From Lama guanicoe (taxonomy: Eukaryota): a stretch of DNA of 64,000 nucleotides. The position numbers were made by a program, and so were the translations under genes. The stretch covers positions 6,223,957 to 6,287,956 of the forward strand of contig MU053881.1 of the NCBI GenBank assembly GCA_013239625.1. Reading direction: 5' to 3'. Below the pieces are notes generated by a model, which saw only the letters and a list, made by a program, of their open reading frames with translations, did not search any database and was not told the DNA's origin. This document shows, piece by piece, positions 1 to 12,184 of the stretch (position 1 is its first letter; each line of letters starts with the position of its first letter).

Positions 1-2895
1 TCTCTACCCTTGGTTCAGGGCTGCGTGACATTGTAGTTACACTGCAGCTGCGCTGCCTGCTGCTCAGGGAAATGGAGGATGGGAATGGGGCGAGAGTAAC
101 CTGTCTTGTCCAAAAGGTGGCGGAAGGAGGGCCCGAGAAGGAAGCTTTGGTTTAGACAAAAGAAGGACAGATCAAAGGAAAGATGAGAGATGTGCCTAGC
201 TCCAGACAGAGATGGAAATAGGAGGGCAGAGCAAGGATGACCAGCGCTGTGCCCTAGAGGGTGTTCCTGCAGACTAGGGCGCCTTAATCTGCTCGGCAGG
301 GGCCTTGAGAAGAGGGGGTAGGATACAAAATTATAGGTACCACTGGCCAAGCTAGATTGCCTTTGATTTTGATGCAAAGAGTTGTTTCACGTTTTGAGGA
401 TCAAAACAATGCATCAAACACCCAAGAGCTGTTTCTGAGTCTCGGGACTCCTTTGGCACATGTGACTGGCCTTCTGAAAGGCCAGTGAAGAGAGGCGGGG
501 GAAGGTTCGCCCTAGCAACGGCGGTAAAAACAACAAAACAAAAAGCATGCTGTCTGGATAGTGCTGTAGAATCTGAAAAAGCAGAGAAAGCTTCTACCTA
601 TCTCCACAGCAGCTCCTCCAGAGCCCCGTGCCCCGGCTGAAGATCCTGGGTCTGGAAGCATCTGAATGCTGCCAAAGGAGGAAGAGCTCCCAGGTTTTCA
701 GGGCGTGTGGAAGTAAGGGAGCTGCTGTCATTGCTAAGCGTTGTTTCCGAGGCCACGTGCACAGCAGATATTGAAATGTGACCCTCCTCAAATTAGATAC
801 AAGTCATCTTTAGGGAAAAGGAATCAACTGTTCTCTTTATCTGCTGTCTACCAATGTAATATTAATGGAATGTTATGAAAAATGAAAGAAATGGACAAAC
901 AAGCATGTATTTTTCCTGCCTGGGTTAACTAGGTCCCACCACCTAAGTTATATTAAATCTTCTAATATCTGTACATTTTAAGTACATTCCTAAGTTCTCA
1001 TAGTGTCTTTGCAGCCTCATAACAGAAGCAAGTATTTAGCACTTTAAATAAAAAAAAAAAACCAAACAAAATGCAAGATGAGATGAGCCTCTTTTTAAAA
1101 GGAACAAGATTGCAATCAATTACAGGTGACCCATTCTCCTCTGAAAAATCATCTGGGAGTCTTGTCTCTTTGTCTTTTGGCTTGTGTCTAATACTAGCTT
1201 TGCTTAAAAAAAAATAAAATAAAAAATAAAAAACAGCTTCTTACCAACAAGAGTACTGCAGGGCTGGTTAACTCAGCTGGCTCTGGTCATACGTTAGCAC
1301 TGCATGTTTCCACATCTAAACTAAGAGCACTCTCCTCCTCTACCCCCGCCTTATAAAAAGTTAAGGGATGCTTTTTCTCCAAGTGATAAATTGCCTAGAA
1401 TATTTAAAAAGCCTTCTATCCATTGTAAAATCTAAGGAAATACACAACCTAGTTTTGCTGTAGTTTCAATTTTCTCCATTACCAACGTTACCCCTAGTTC
1501 TCAAAGCATTCATTTTAATCACAGTTTATTGGGGAAAGAATTACCTGTCAGTCTCCTAGCTTATGAGAAAGAAGATAAAGTTGGAAGGAAACTTGAGGAT
1601 TAATTAATTGAGAGTACTGCATGTGAGGTGTCTACTCGGAATGTTACAGTGCACATCACAATGAAAACAGTTTTATTTTCCATGGTTGAAATAAATTATA
1701 ATAAATAATTCATTTCAATGGCAGAGATGTACTGGAGAGCAACAGCAACAAAATTGACTGCACCACACTGTGAGTCTCATTCTTGAATCTTCATTATCCA
1801 TTTGAAACTTTTTACGAATAGTAAATCATATTTCAAGTGGCTGCAGATCTCATAAAGCAGCTTGCTGCATTAAAATAAAACCGGCAAACCCGGGGCACCG
1901 GGAGGCCGCAGGGCTTGCCACTCAGCACTATTTGGGAAACTCTTTCTCACTCTTCTCTCACCAGCATCCAACAGAACACTTTTCGATTTGATGTGAAAAT
2001 TAAGCATCGCTTGTCAAAACACATTACCTAAATTTCCTCTAGGTAGGAATGTTGGGGAAATTTTTATGTAAAAGAATAGCTTTTAACTCCAAAGCCGTTT
2101 TCCTCTAATTTTGATAGTGACACTGCTGTTTCTGGTTCACGGTACTGCCTGAATGACTGCCACACAGCCAGGCCTAGAACCTCAGATGGCCTATACCAGC
2201 CTCTGGGGGTCCCCAAATTAGCAAATGTGTGTGTCAGCTCAAGAGACACTAGCAAAGGTCCCTGTGCTATGTTTTCTGTCTTAGAAGACCAGCCTATCTT
2301 CACAGGACAGCTAATATTTAACTTGAATCTTAAAAGATACAAATAGCATCACTGGGAAAGAAGGATATATTGGGAAGAGAAAATAAAATGATAAAAAGCA
2401 CAGGAGACAGGGCCTGGCATGTGTGAGGAATAGTCAGATCCCTGGACAGGAGGCTTCTGAGAGGAAAGAAGCAGAGCTGAGGGTGAGGAGAAGACTGGGC
2501 AGAGTCCAGGCTATTGAAGGCCTTTCATGTCATGCTAAATGGAGAAATGAATTTGGGCCAGTACACGAAGGGTAGCCTTTCCAAGGACTTCTGAATAATG
2601 ATGAAGTCCGTGATTTAGAACGGTAACTGATGTGGGACTGGAGAATGGCAGTGACGTAGGTACCGGAGTCAAGGCAACACGTTCAGACACTCCTGCACGA
2701 GTCCCGTGGAGAAGTGATGAGGGCCTTGGCAAGGCTGTGGCAGCAGAGACGGCGAGAAACGGTCAGAATCCTTGACTGCATAGCCTAGTTCTTCCCAGTC
2801 AACGAAACCTTTCCAAGAAGAACCACCTGATACTGCAGCCACAGGCAGATTCAGAACTTTAAGGACACGGCCTCAAATTCAAGACTGCCAATGGG

Positions 2896-2953
2896 ACGCT
2901 GGAAACACACAACATTGTAAACTGACTATAACTCAATTAAAAAAAAAGAAAAA
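2896..2953 (+). mobile_element. Extremely 5'-truncated L1 3' tail with poly(A) and 15-bp TSD
   Basis: Perfect flanking repeats AAGACTGCCAATGGG at 2881..2895 and 2954..2968; insert resembles the 3' end of the L1 copy ending at 20510. Confidence 0.85.
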
Positions 2954-3790
2954 AAGACTGCCAATGGGGAAAAGGGGTTGGAAGCTGGACTGCCCCTGCA
3001 GTGCCACGTGTAGTGGAGAGGTGGCCGGTCTAGCAGACCAACACTCCCACAGTGAGCTGGGGGAATCCGGACTGGCGAAATGAACCCCAACCAGCATACA
3101 TATATACGCACGACAAAGATGACTACAAGCACACGTTTACACTAAGTGTTCAGTGATGAAGTAACCGCTAACCGAGGCCATTCAAAAGTCGCGGGAGGGA
3201 GTGGGACACGGCACGCTGCTTTACTGAACGGTCATCACAACACTTCCCAATGAGTATTGCGTTTCACAACAGAACAACACCCGGCATAATGGCACGAGGG
3301 CATCTCGTGCAGTCGTCAAAGCAGAGCGCAATGAATATTGTATTTCATAATAAACATATTATCCTTATAGTAGGAGGTTCAAAGTTGCACTGCCTGTCAT
3401 CTGTCACTATATTCTCCCGGATTTCCCAAAGGGATTTGGTTAGATGGACCTAAAAATCTTCATAACCAGCTGTGGAGGATTATTTTACTTAACAGGTTAA
3501 AAATGATTTTTTTGTGTGAGGAGAAAAGAGTAGTTTTTAGAAAATTCACTTGGCCCTCAGAAGCACTTTCCGTTAAAGATTAGTCTAGAGTTTAACACTG
3601 AAACCACAGAGGATGGCATGTTGCCTTTCAGATTTGAGGATTTTTATTTATAGTTGTCTAAATGACAGAGAGTCCTGGCCAAGAGGTTAGGGAGATGATT
3701 CAAAGATGTTCCTGAGATTTGGAAGCTCTTTTGCCCTAATAATTACAGAGGGAGCCTAAGGAATGACAATGACTAACAGGGCTGGGAGCT

Positions 3791-3922
3791 GGGAGGGTAT
3801 CGCTCAGTGGCAGAGTGCGTGCTTAGCATGCACGAGGTCCTGGGTTTAATCCCCAGTATCTCCATTAAAAAATAAGTAAGTAAATAAACCTAATTACCTC
3901 TCCCCAAAATAAATAAATTAAA
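3791..3922 (+). mobile_element. tRNA-derived SINE, camelid Vic-1-like
   Basis: GGGAGGGTATCGCTCAGTGGCAGAG (A box) ... GGTTTAATCCC (B box), then TAAA-repeat tail and TAATTACCTCTCCCC; second copy near 61480..61630. Confidence 0.85.
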
Positions 3923-3939
3923 GTGCTGGAAGAGAACCT

Positions 3940-4370
3940 CGTTCCTTGCTTTGTTCAGACATTTACTGCCACCTGCTTTGTGGCAGACTCTGCGTCAGAC
4001 CCTGGGGACACACAGATACAGGGCACAGTCCCAGCCCTCAGCGAGCTCACAGTCAGAGGCGATGCTCTGCTTACTGCGGTGACGACACAGTACAGCGAGG
4101 GCCGCAAACAGAAGCCCACGCAGGAGGCTCTGAGAAACCAGAAGAGGCTGCCTAACTCCGCCGAGGTGTGGGGGGCAGGCAGGGAAGGCTTTGCAGGTGA
4201 CGTCTGGGACTGTGGCAGAGAACAAGCCCGCAGACAGGCGTGGAGCAGTGTCTGGGGAGTGCCGAGAGGCTGTGTGGGGAGTGGCGGTGGCAGGTGAGGC
4301 TGATCAGGCTGGCAGGGCCGGCCCTTGTGAAGCGCCCGGTGCCATGTGCTGGAGAACGCGTGCTCCACCC
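3940..4370 (-). mobile_element. L2 3' fragment (degenerate)
   Basis: Antisense L2 tail motifs such as ACATTTACTG...CAGTCCCAGCCCTCA.GAGCTCACAGTC; explains the overlapping spurious ORFs. Confidence 0.6.
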
Positions 4371-4689
4371 TGCAGGAAATGCGGGTACCGTTTAAGTTGA
4401 ATGACTCTTTCCGGCAGTGACGGGGAAGGGCGAACGGATGGTATAACCATTCTCCACAGGGTCTGACCCTTTAGGGCGGCTCAGCCATCCGAGTTCTCCC
4501 AGAAAGATGCAGCCTTTTTCCTGTTCTAGGACTGGACAGCCACAGACACGAAGGTTACCTGCCTGGCTCCTGCGCCTCGGTCAGGACGGACCTTGGCTCC
4601 TGCCTTGCTGGCTCGGTTGCCAGCACCCTCAGAAATGGGACTGCCATTACTTCCCTTGGCGCACAGCACATAACTTAATAGTGTCCCCC

Positions 4690-4985
4690 GTCAGGAACGG
4701 TTCTCTTTGTCAGGAAGCTTTTTATTGATGTTCAACCTTCATTTTCCCTTTCTTAATATCATCCCATTATGCCAATACTCCATTGTGCCATGCTAAGTAA
4801 TTCCCTTTCCTCCTTGGCGTTTACATCTTCCAAGTATTTATAGACTCATCAAGCGCCCCATTTAGTTGTCACTTAGGCAGGACATACATATTTAGCTTCT
4901 TTAATCTGGCCCCATAAGCCGGCCCTTCCATTCTCCTAAATCATTTGAGTCACTTTCCTCCAGGTTTCTGTCAATTTGTTTCCAG
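4690..4985 (-). mobile_element. Ancient CR1/L3 LINE, ORF2 C-terminal fragment
   Basis: Minus-strand translation with frameshifts: KLTETWRKVTQMI..YGARLKKLNMYVLPK*QL..VYKYLEDVNAKEERELL..NGMILRKGK*RLNI..FLT, resembling the CR1 ORF2 end (YEERLKELN...LRGD..VYKYL...NGMKLRKGKFRLNIRKNFLT). Confidence 0.85.
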
Positions 4986-7900
4986 CCTCCCAGTACGCAG
5001 GGGGCTCAGGAGAAAGGTGGGGTTGGGGAGGGGGCTGGGTCCCTCTACGGGACGGGGGGCGGGGGGGAGCACGTCATGTGCCGAGGGCGGGACTTTTCCC
5101 TTGAAGCACAGAGTCCAAAACAGGCCAAGCCTCTAGAAAAAGCTGTGAGTCCCTCCTGTTACCCAATTGTCTCACCCGCACACATTCCAAGTCAATGTTC
5201 TGTTATGAACTCTTACGTGCCAGGCGCACACGTGTGTACTGAGTACCTACTACGTGTCAGGTACTGTACTGGGGGCTTCTCTTCCTTCTTTTCCTCCTCC
5301 CTCTTCATTTCTTAGACTGATTCGTTGTTCAAAGAATTACTGAACTCCTACTATGTGTCAGGCGCTGTGGCACAGGACTGAATAAAATGTGGTCCCTGCA
5401 GCCTTGAGGAGCTCACACAGCCCAAGCATTTCTTCATCTCTTACTGCCCACCCATCAAGATGTGCCCTTCTCATCTTAAGGGTCTCAGACACGTCATCCC
5501 TAAATGCACTTAACTCTAATTGACGTTTTTAGCTCCGAGTGGAACTTCTCTGTCCCGTCTAAAACGAGATGCCACGTTAAGCACGGGCATTAGTGCAGAG
5601 CTCTTGCCTACTGTCTTCTTTCTGGTGGGTCTCTTTGGGGCCCAAGAGAGATTCCTCGTTAGGCCTTGCACTTCCCATGCGCCTTTCGTGTGTTCTATAT
5701 TCATGTGACCTCAACAAAGTACACACTTGAATGTTTTTATTTTCCGTGATACCAATGCTCTGGCTGAGGGGGTGATGGAATAGGAGGCATCTAAGTCTTG
5801 GCTAAAGTCCTGGGGAGTCCGGGCATGAGGCCGCAGGCGGGCGCAGTTCTGCCACCGGACCCGGTGGGCCAGCTCAAGTCAGGCACAGAATTCCCCTGGC
5901 TGAGGAGCTGCTGTCCTCAAAGAGCTGAAATAACTATTCCAGGGACACAGGAAGCAGCATGACCGGAATATTCAAAACCAAGTATGTTGACCGCGAAATC
6001 TGTCTGCTCTGATTGTCGTATAGAGTCCTCAAAAACAGAATTTGCAATTAAAGATCTTTCAAAGGAAAAGGGAATTTCTTTAGTCTGAAAGCACTTACAC
6101 CTGTATTTTCCTAAGCATGACAAGGGACGCAAAACTAAGATACAAGAGTTCTTCTGGGTTGCAAAGCATACAAAGCTGCATCAACCATGGAAGCTCAGAG
6201 GATAAGGAAACCTTCATTTTGTGTTTCAAGTGATCAGACTGCAACCAAATAAGAAGTCTTCCTTAACATGCTGTATGAGCTCACGGCCGCACCAATGGCT
6301 ACTGCTAAGACAGAATTTCCAAGAGTCAAGACACGTGAACACAAGAGTTGAATTCCCGTCTCCAGCACACTGATACTCTTTGGGAAAATTTCACATGATT
6401 TATCCTTCAAGCACCATGTGAAAAATCAGGAATAACTGTGAATGAATACATTATGAATACATTATGCCATCATTAAGCCAATCCTCACTTTATACCGTGC
6501 CATTCTTTCAAAAAACTCAAAAGGCTTCTCAAGCCAGTGACGATGCCACTCAGAGAAATGAGGGCAGGGGAACCGTGTCACTTATCCTGCAGTTTCCCTT
6601 GGACAGAGATGAATGGCAAGGAGAAAGGCCAGGAAGGAGAGGTAGGTTGAGGCCCTGGGAAGCCTTGGTCTGGTGAGAATTGTGTAAAATCTAGAGACAA
6701 GAAAGCCCTGCTTACAGTCTAGGCACTGCTATTCAGTGGCTGTGTGTCTTTGGGAAAATCATTTTGCCTTTCTGAACCTTTGTGCACTTTACCCACATGG
6801 GTACTGTGGGATTAAATTTATAGATGTATTAATACTCCCAAATTAGAATATATCCACATCGGCCCTATCTACCCACAAGGGCCGTTGTAAGATTCGGAAG
6901 AGACATTCGGCATGAAGACACTATACAAATGGGAAGAGTTATGGAGTTGATTTTGATTCTTGCCATTGCAAGGTAATACTTGGAATCTGCAGGAAGGATA
7001 AGTGAGAAAAAGTCAGCTTGGGGCCAAGAATAAGATCCATACCACACCATGCCCCCATCCAGCCCAGGGCATATTTGTAATCTTAAGAAGGCTTGTCACA
7101 GAGAGAATTCTAAGAAAGGCAGCACACACGGCTGGGCACCAGGAAGACGTAAGCAATCTGGCTGAAGTCACGGCCTTCACAGTCAAATCATCTTGTGAAA
7201 TGAAGTCTCGGGCCTGGGATTTCCTGGGAAGCACACTTCTCATGTTCGTAATTATAAACGGTAGGGGTATGGACAGGATAGGGACATCAAAGATGGTACT
7301 TGCGTACTGTTGTCCAAAGTGAAGGTGACTCTCGTACATTAATTGAGTATCTTCTCTGTGCTGGGTGAGTCTGTCCTCGTTGGTTCACTCTGTCCTCACA
7401 ACTCCCCTGAGTCAAGCATCCTTTGGCTATGAGGACCACAACCACTGCAGATAAAACTTGGGCCTAAAAGGGGTGACCTGAGGACCGCTACACTAGGCAG
7501 TGCAGTCAGGCCTCTCGAGGGCTTGGAACCAGGGACAAGGACGCTGGCGGCTCTTTCTCAGTCTCCTTCTGGGCCTGCCTGGTTTCTGGAGATCCTTTCG
7601 CTGTGTCTGCTGCTTTCTCCTCGTGCTGCAGACTGGCTACTTCTCTGAGCATGTGGCATGGAATGGCTGCCCCCGGGTCTTGATTTTTCAGGTCTTCCAT
7701 TCAGGTGAGGCTAACCAACGTCTTTTAAATGCTAGCTTCTAAATCCAGGGAAGAAAAGCCAGCTTGGGTCAAGTGTTTACCTCTTGTCCAGTCAGTTCTC
7801 AAAGAAAGGGGCCCTTTGCTCAATCAAGGATTTATGAATGAGCAAATGGTACATGTCTCCCCTTGTTTATCCTCCATCTCCTGCAACCCTGTTTCTAGGC

Positions 7901-8311
7901 CACTTAAAAGCTGTACTGTGCAGTTGTTAAGAGCAGGGATGCTGCCACTTATTAGCTATATGACATTGGGTGAGTTACTGACCTACTAGAACTGCAATTA
8001 CAGTATTTTGATTATAAAATGGAAATAAAAATATCTGCCTTATAGAGTAGTGAGACTTACACAGAAATAGACACATACACATACATGTATATATACAAAC
8101 ATACAGAGCATGTATGTGTGTATGTGTGTAAAGCACTTAGCACACAAGCCTAGCATATGACACTATTTCTATTTCTTTTTCATTATAATCATTCATCATC
8201 AGAATTCTCTGTTCGAATCTGAGGTTGCCCTTCCATAGTGACCTCTTGGGGCCTAGCAACCCTGCAGTAACTTAGGCTTCTATTACAGGACGGAGGAAAA
8301 GTCTAGCTCTT

Positions 8312-8461
8312 GAAGAAGGACTTGCACCGGTCCTTCTCAAGCTCTTCCAGAACACGGAAAAGGAGGAAGTACTCCCAAACTCATTCTATGAAGCCACAAC
8401 CACCCTGATACAAAAACCAGACAAAGACACAACCAAAGACACTACAAAAAGGGAAAATCAG
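8312..8461 (+). mobile_element. Isolated internal L1 ORF2 fragment
   Basis: Reads [50 protein letters not shown], matching the L1 ORF2 motif [32 protein letters not shown]. Confidence 0.9.
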
Positions 8462-11461
8462 TGCAAATGAAACCCCGAACACCCTCTGTTTGTGAAACAC
8501 GGCTACGCTATACACCTGTGCTGTGTTAGCACAAAAAGGCAGATGTCGCCTGCTGGGCTTTCTTTCCTGAGAATTCTTTAAAAAATAAAAACAAAAATCA
8601 CTGAGAGTCACAGCAAAAAAAAAAAAAGTCCTTTTATAACATAGATTGTTAAACACTTCCCCAGAATCTCTGTTAGTATTTAGCCAATGGATTAGAAATT
8701 TTCCTTGCAGAGGCTTTAAAAAAGGATACCTTTAAGCCAACTCTTTTTATCCTTAATTTACAATGGTAGCTAATTATGCCAACCACTGTCAACGAAGAGG
8801 CTAAAAATCATCTTGTTTGCCATTTGCTATACTGAGTGAGAGACTGTTATAGATTGCCTAATTATTATTGGGCTAAACCTGTGTAAGATTTGTGTGTTTT
8901 TCCCTTATGAAATGTTCTCTGTCTGCTTTATGCAAGCGCAAAGGAAAAGGTAAAGCTGTTGTCCACTTTTTACAACTCCTTTGCAATTCTGAGAACATTT
9001 GCTGCAGAATAATAGCAAAACTGACTATGCTAAACTGTAGATAAAAGGATGATGACAGATTGCAGTCACTTTAATTCATAAAGAAAACACTTGGAGCCCC
9101 TGGGAACGCCAAATCAAGCACTGGCTCCCAATGACTTTTTGCCAAGTCACAAACTACATCGTAGTTTTTAGTTTAAACACAAAGGCTAATGGACATGTAA
9201 CTTATTTATTTCAAATTCTTCTTTATGAAGCTGGCTTTTTTTTTTAGCTCCTTAGAAAATATTATAATTCCCCTATTCTATAAACATACAAATATAATTG
9301 TAAAATGACATCATTCTGTTTTCATTTAATTACCCCTGAAATGCTTTCTATTTAATATTCATTACTCAAAAGCTAATTTAAAAGAGAAAGAGATGCGACT
9401 TATTCAAAAAGATGTACTGTCATTCACAGCAATAGTTATCTAATATACAGAAGTTAATAAAGCAGATTAATCTACAAGTCCCTTTAAGCCATTCTTGAGT
9501 TTTGAACAACTGCCTCTTTGACCTTTCACCTTCACGCTGTGCACCAGTAGCAGGTGCCAGCTGTACAGAAATTATGGCTGCGCATTTGAACGCAAAATCT
9601 TTTCTTACTTTGCTTCTGACCAGCAGCTGACCCTGTAGGAGTGATTGTTTCTGGTGCCGGCCTAAAGGCTACATAAACCAGCAGCAGATAAACAAAAGGC
9701 TACATATACCAGCTGCCTCGCCTAAGGGTACCAGGCCAGACTGACACCTCCACTCCTTCTCCAGCGTCCCAAATTGCTCCTTGTTTGTTTCCATACGTGC
9801 ATTTTATCCCTGTCATTTTGTGCAAGGGATGGGCATAAGAGAAAACCCCCCCAAAACAACAACAAAAACCCCATCCCTTCCCTCGAACTTGACTTTTGAG
9901 TATTCTATGTCAAACTGTGCCATTATGATGCTAATCTAGGCCTGATTTAGCAACTTTAATAAGAAGCTAAACCCTCTTGTAATTAGATAATAAAATTTTA
10001 TTATGTATTTTAATATTAAAAGTCTTAAAATCAAACTCTTCAAATCATACACCGGTATAGAACTAAGGTACTTAAATATCATAGCCCCAGAAAATGGGAG
10101 CCTGGAAAAGCACATTGTGGCTAATTTTTCATTCTCAGAAATGTAAACATGAAATTCCTATGTGGTAGCAGTGAAAGCTCCAACACTCTTAATTATGTGC
10201 AAGGAAGAATGAATCTATTCAAGTACGAGGCACACTGTACCATTTCCAGCAACAGCACGAGATGGTTTTGACAGTTATTTCGTGGATACAAATTACACAA
10301 GTATAAAAACAATCCCCATAATGATTAAATGCGGTTATGTACATAGGAGAATACCAGTGCAAGTGGTAACATATTTAAATGGTTTGCCTTCATTAAAGAA
10401 ATTATATATGATATTAAACCATCAATCACTGCTGCGGCACAGGAGTTTAAATGTATTGTCACTGGTTGAAATAAATGACTTGGAGGCTGAATTCCGGCTC
10501 GCTCAATATGGTGTCTTTGCCGTTGCGTAGCCACCTAACTCTCTGCTGGTTTGGGCTACATCTGGTGGAGTCCATCTCTTTCAATTAATAAGGCGAGTTA
10601 TGCCATCAATGGATTACATCTTTAAACTGTGCTTAGAGGTAGGAAAACACATGTCCTAGTGGGGGGGAAAAAAAAAGCCACAAACCCTCTCTGTTTTGTT
10701 AACTATTTGGAAGAATATTTGAAGTGCTGATTCTCTGCCCATGTTTAGAATGACCTGTGCTTGTGGAGTTTCAGCAGGGTTATTTTATGGCACAAAATGA
10801 TACAATCTTATCTTAGCATTACCATTTAGTTTATCATGCAGTAGTCTGTGATCATGCCAGATTTGGTACCTAAAGTCATGGCTTGCAGCCTGTACTTCCG
10901 AAAATTAATTTTTTTGCTTGTTTTGCAGACATTCATTGACCATCACAAGGTTTTAGGTTCTGCTAGGTGCTGGGACAAGTATCAAGATGGAGGTGATCTT
11001 TGGGGGAAAAAAAGGTACTCTGTAAAGACAGGTAATAGGATTATAATTCTAATTTGATGATTTATGAATCAAGAATAAGCTTCTATTATAAGATTTTTGC
11101 TTTAAAGCACCATTTTTTTTGTTACAGTTGAAATAGTCATTCAAAATATTTCTATAACAAAAATGAAATAAAAATGGCAAAGACATGGTATATAACAAAG
11201 GATCTAGACTAGAATCATCCTTCCGAAGATGGACAAATTATTTTATAATATCACAGATAAAATGCTATTTTAATTTAAAAATCTAGTGTTTTTCTATTTT
11301 TAAAGTTATAAGCTGTAACTTTGTAAACTGATCTTCAGGGGTGACGGTCACAAATTCATCATTTTAAGAGCTTTACTCCCTAGTGGACTTCTCTTAGCTG
11401 GATACTTTTGTCCGGCCCTGGTCTTCTTAGATACTCTGATTTGAACCTTAGTAATTAGATT

Positions 11462-11515
11462 ACAGACACAGACACAGACACACAGACACACACACACAGA
11501 CACACACACACACAC
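11462..11515. repeat. Compound (CAGACA)n/(CA)n microsatellite
   Basis: Directly visible. Confidence 0.95.
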
Positions 11516-11888
11516 TCTCACTTGACCAAAGTGAATTTTATTTTTTGCCTCACACAAGTCTTGTTATTTTGAAAATTAAAAAAAAAATGTTAGGGAGGCG
11601 TTAACTGCCTTCCATTGCCTGTTTACTGCACCCCTTTTACATGTAAAGATACAACCCAAATGTGATAAAATGTTTCAGTAAAGGCCTAAACACACAGTCA
11701 CAAGTAAAAGTAAAACAGTGGCATCCTTTTTAAACGACAAATAAAGTGTGCTTCCAAAATTATCAAAACAGCAGAAAGAAATGCAAATATCACTGCAGCA
11801 AGGCCACACGGGATGGCTGTGAGAAATACAAGGGATCACACATTAAGTAAGAGATTTTAGTTCTGAAATTCTCTAGGATTACAGAATA

Positions 11889-12184
11889 CAGAGGTGGAAA
11901 ACTGGTAACCAGACATAGTGCCGACCTGCAGAGTATTTTTATTTTTAACTTTTAATTAGTGGCCAACATTTACAAAACTGCATTTCTGGCTTCTCTTTGT
12001 GGGGGAATCTCAATATATCTGGCAACACTGGGTCTTATACCATCTTACAGGGCAGCAATTAGCTGGAGCTGTTTGGAGGCTGCCCCCTTTAGACAGGGAT
12101 GTGCACTTAGCATAGCTTTCTCTCCTGTCTCCCTCAGTCACGCTCCCTGCTTGGCTCTGTGGGCACCTTAGTTTGTGATGCCTC
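11889..12184 (+). mobile_element. hAT-Charlie DNA transposon relic, MER102-like
   Basis: CAGAGGTGGAAAACTGG start; internal ATCTGGCAACACTGGG, GCTGGAGCTG and GGCTGCCCCCTTTAGAC; end AGTTTGTGATGCCT. Confidence 0.75.

Noticed and set aside
3791..3865. tRNA-Ala gene (also 61555..61625)
   Set aside because: Stems are degenerate and both copies share an AT-rich SINE tail and TSD-like flanks; these are SINEs.
3923..4400. Cluster of five overlapping ORFs
   Set aside because: GC-rich decayed L2 sequence with few stops; no recognisable domain or splice support.
6442..6466. 11-bp tandem duplication ATGAATACATT (similar small ones near 15829 and 62876)
   Set aside because: Ordinary slippage events with no functional context.
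8720..8729. Perfect U12 donor motif GTATCCTTTT on the minus strand
   Set aside because: No exon or acceptor evidence upstream; treated as a chance match.
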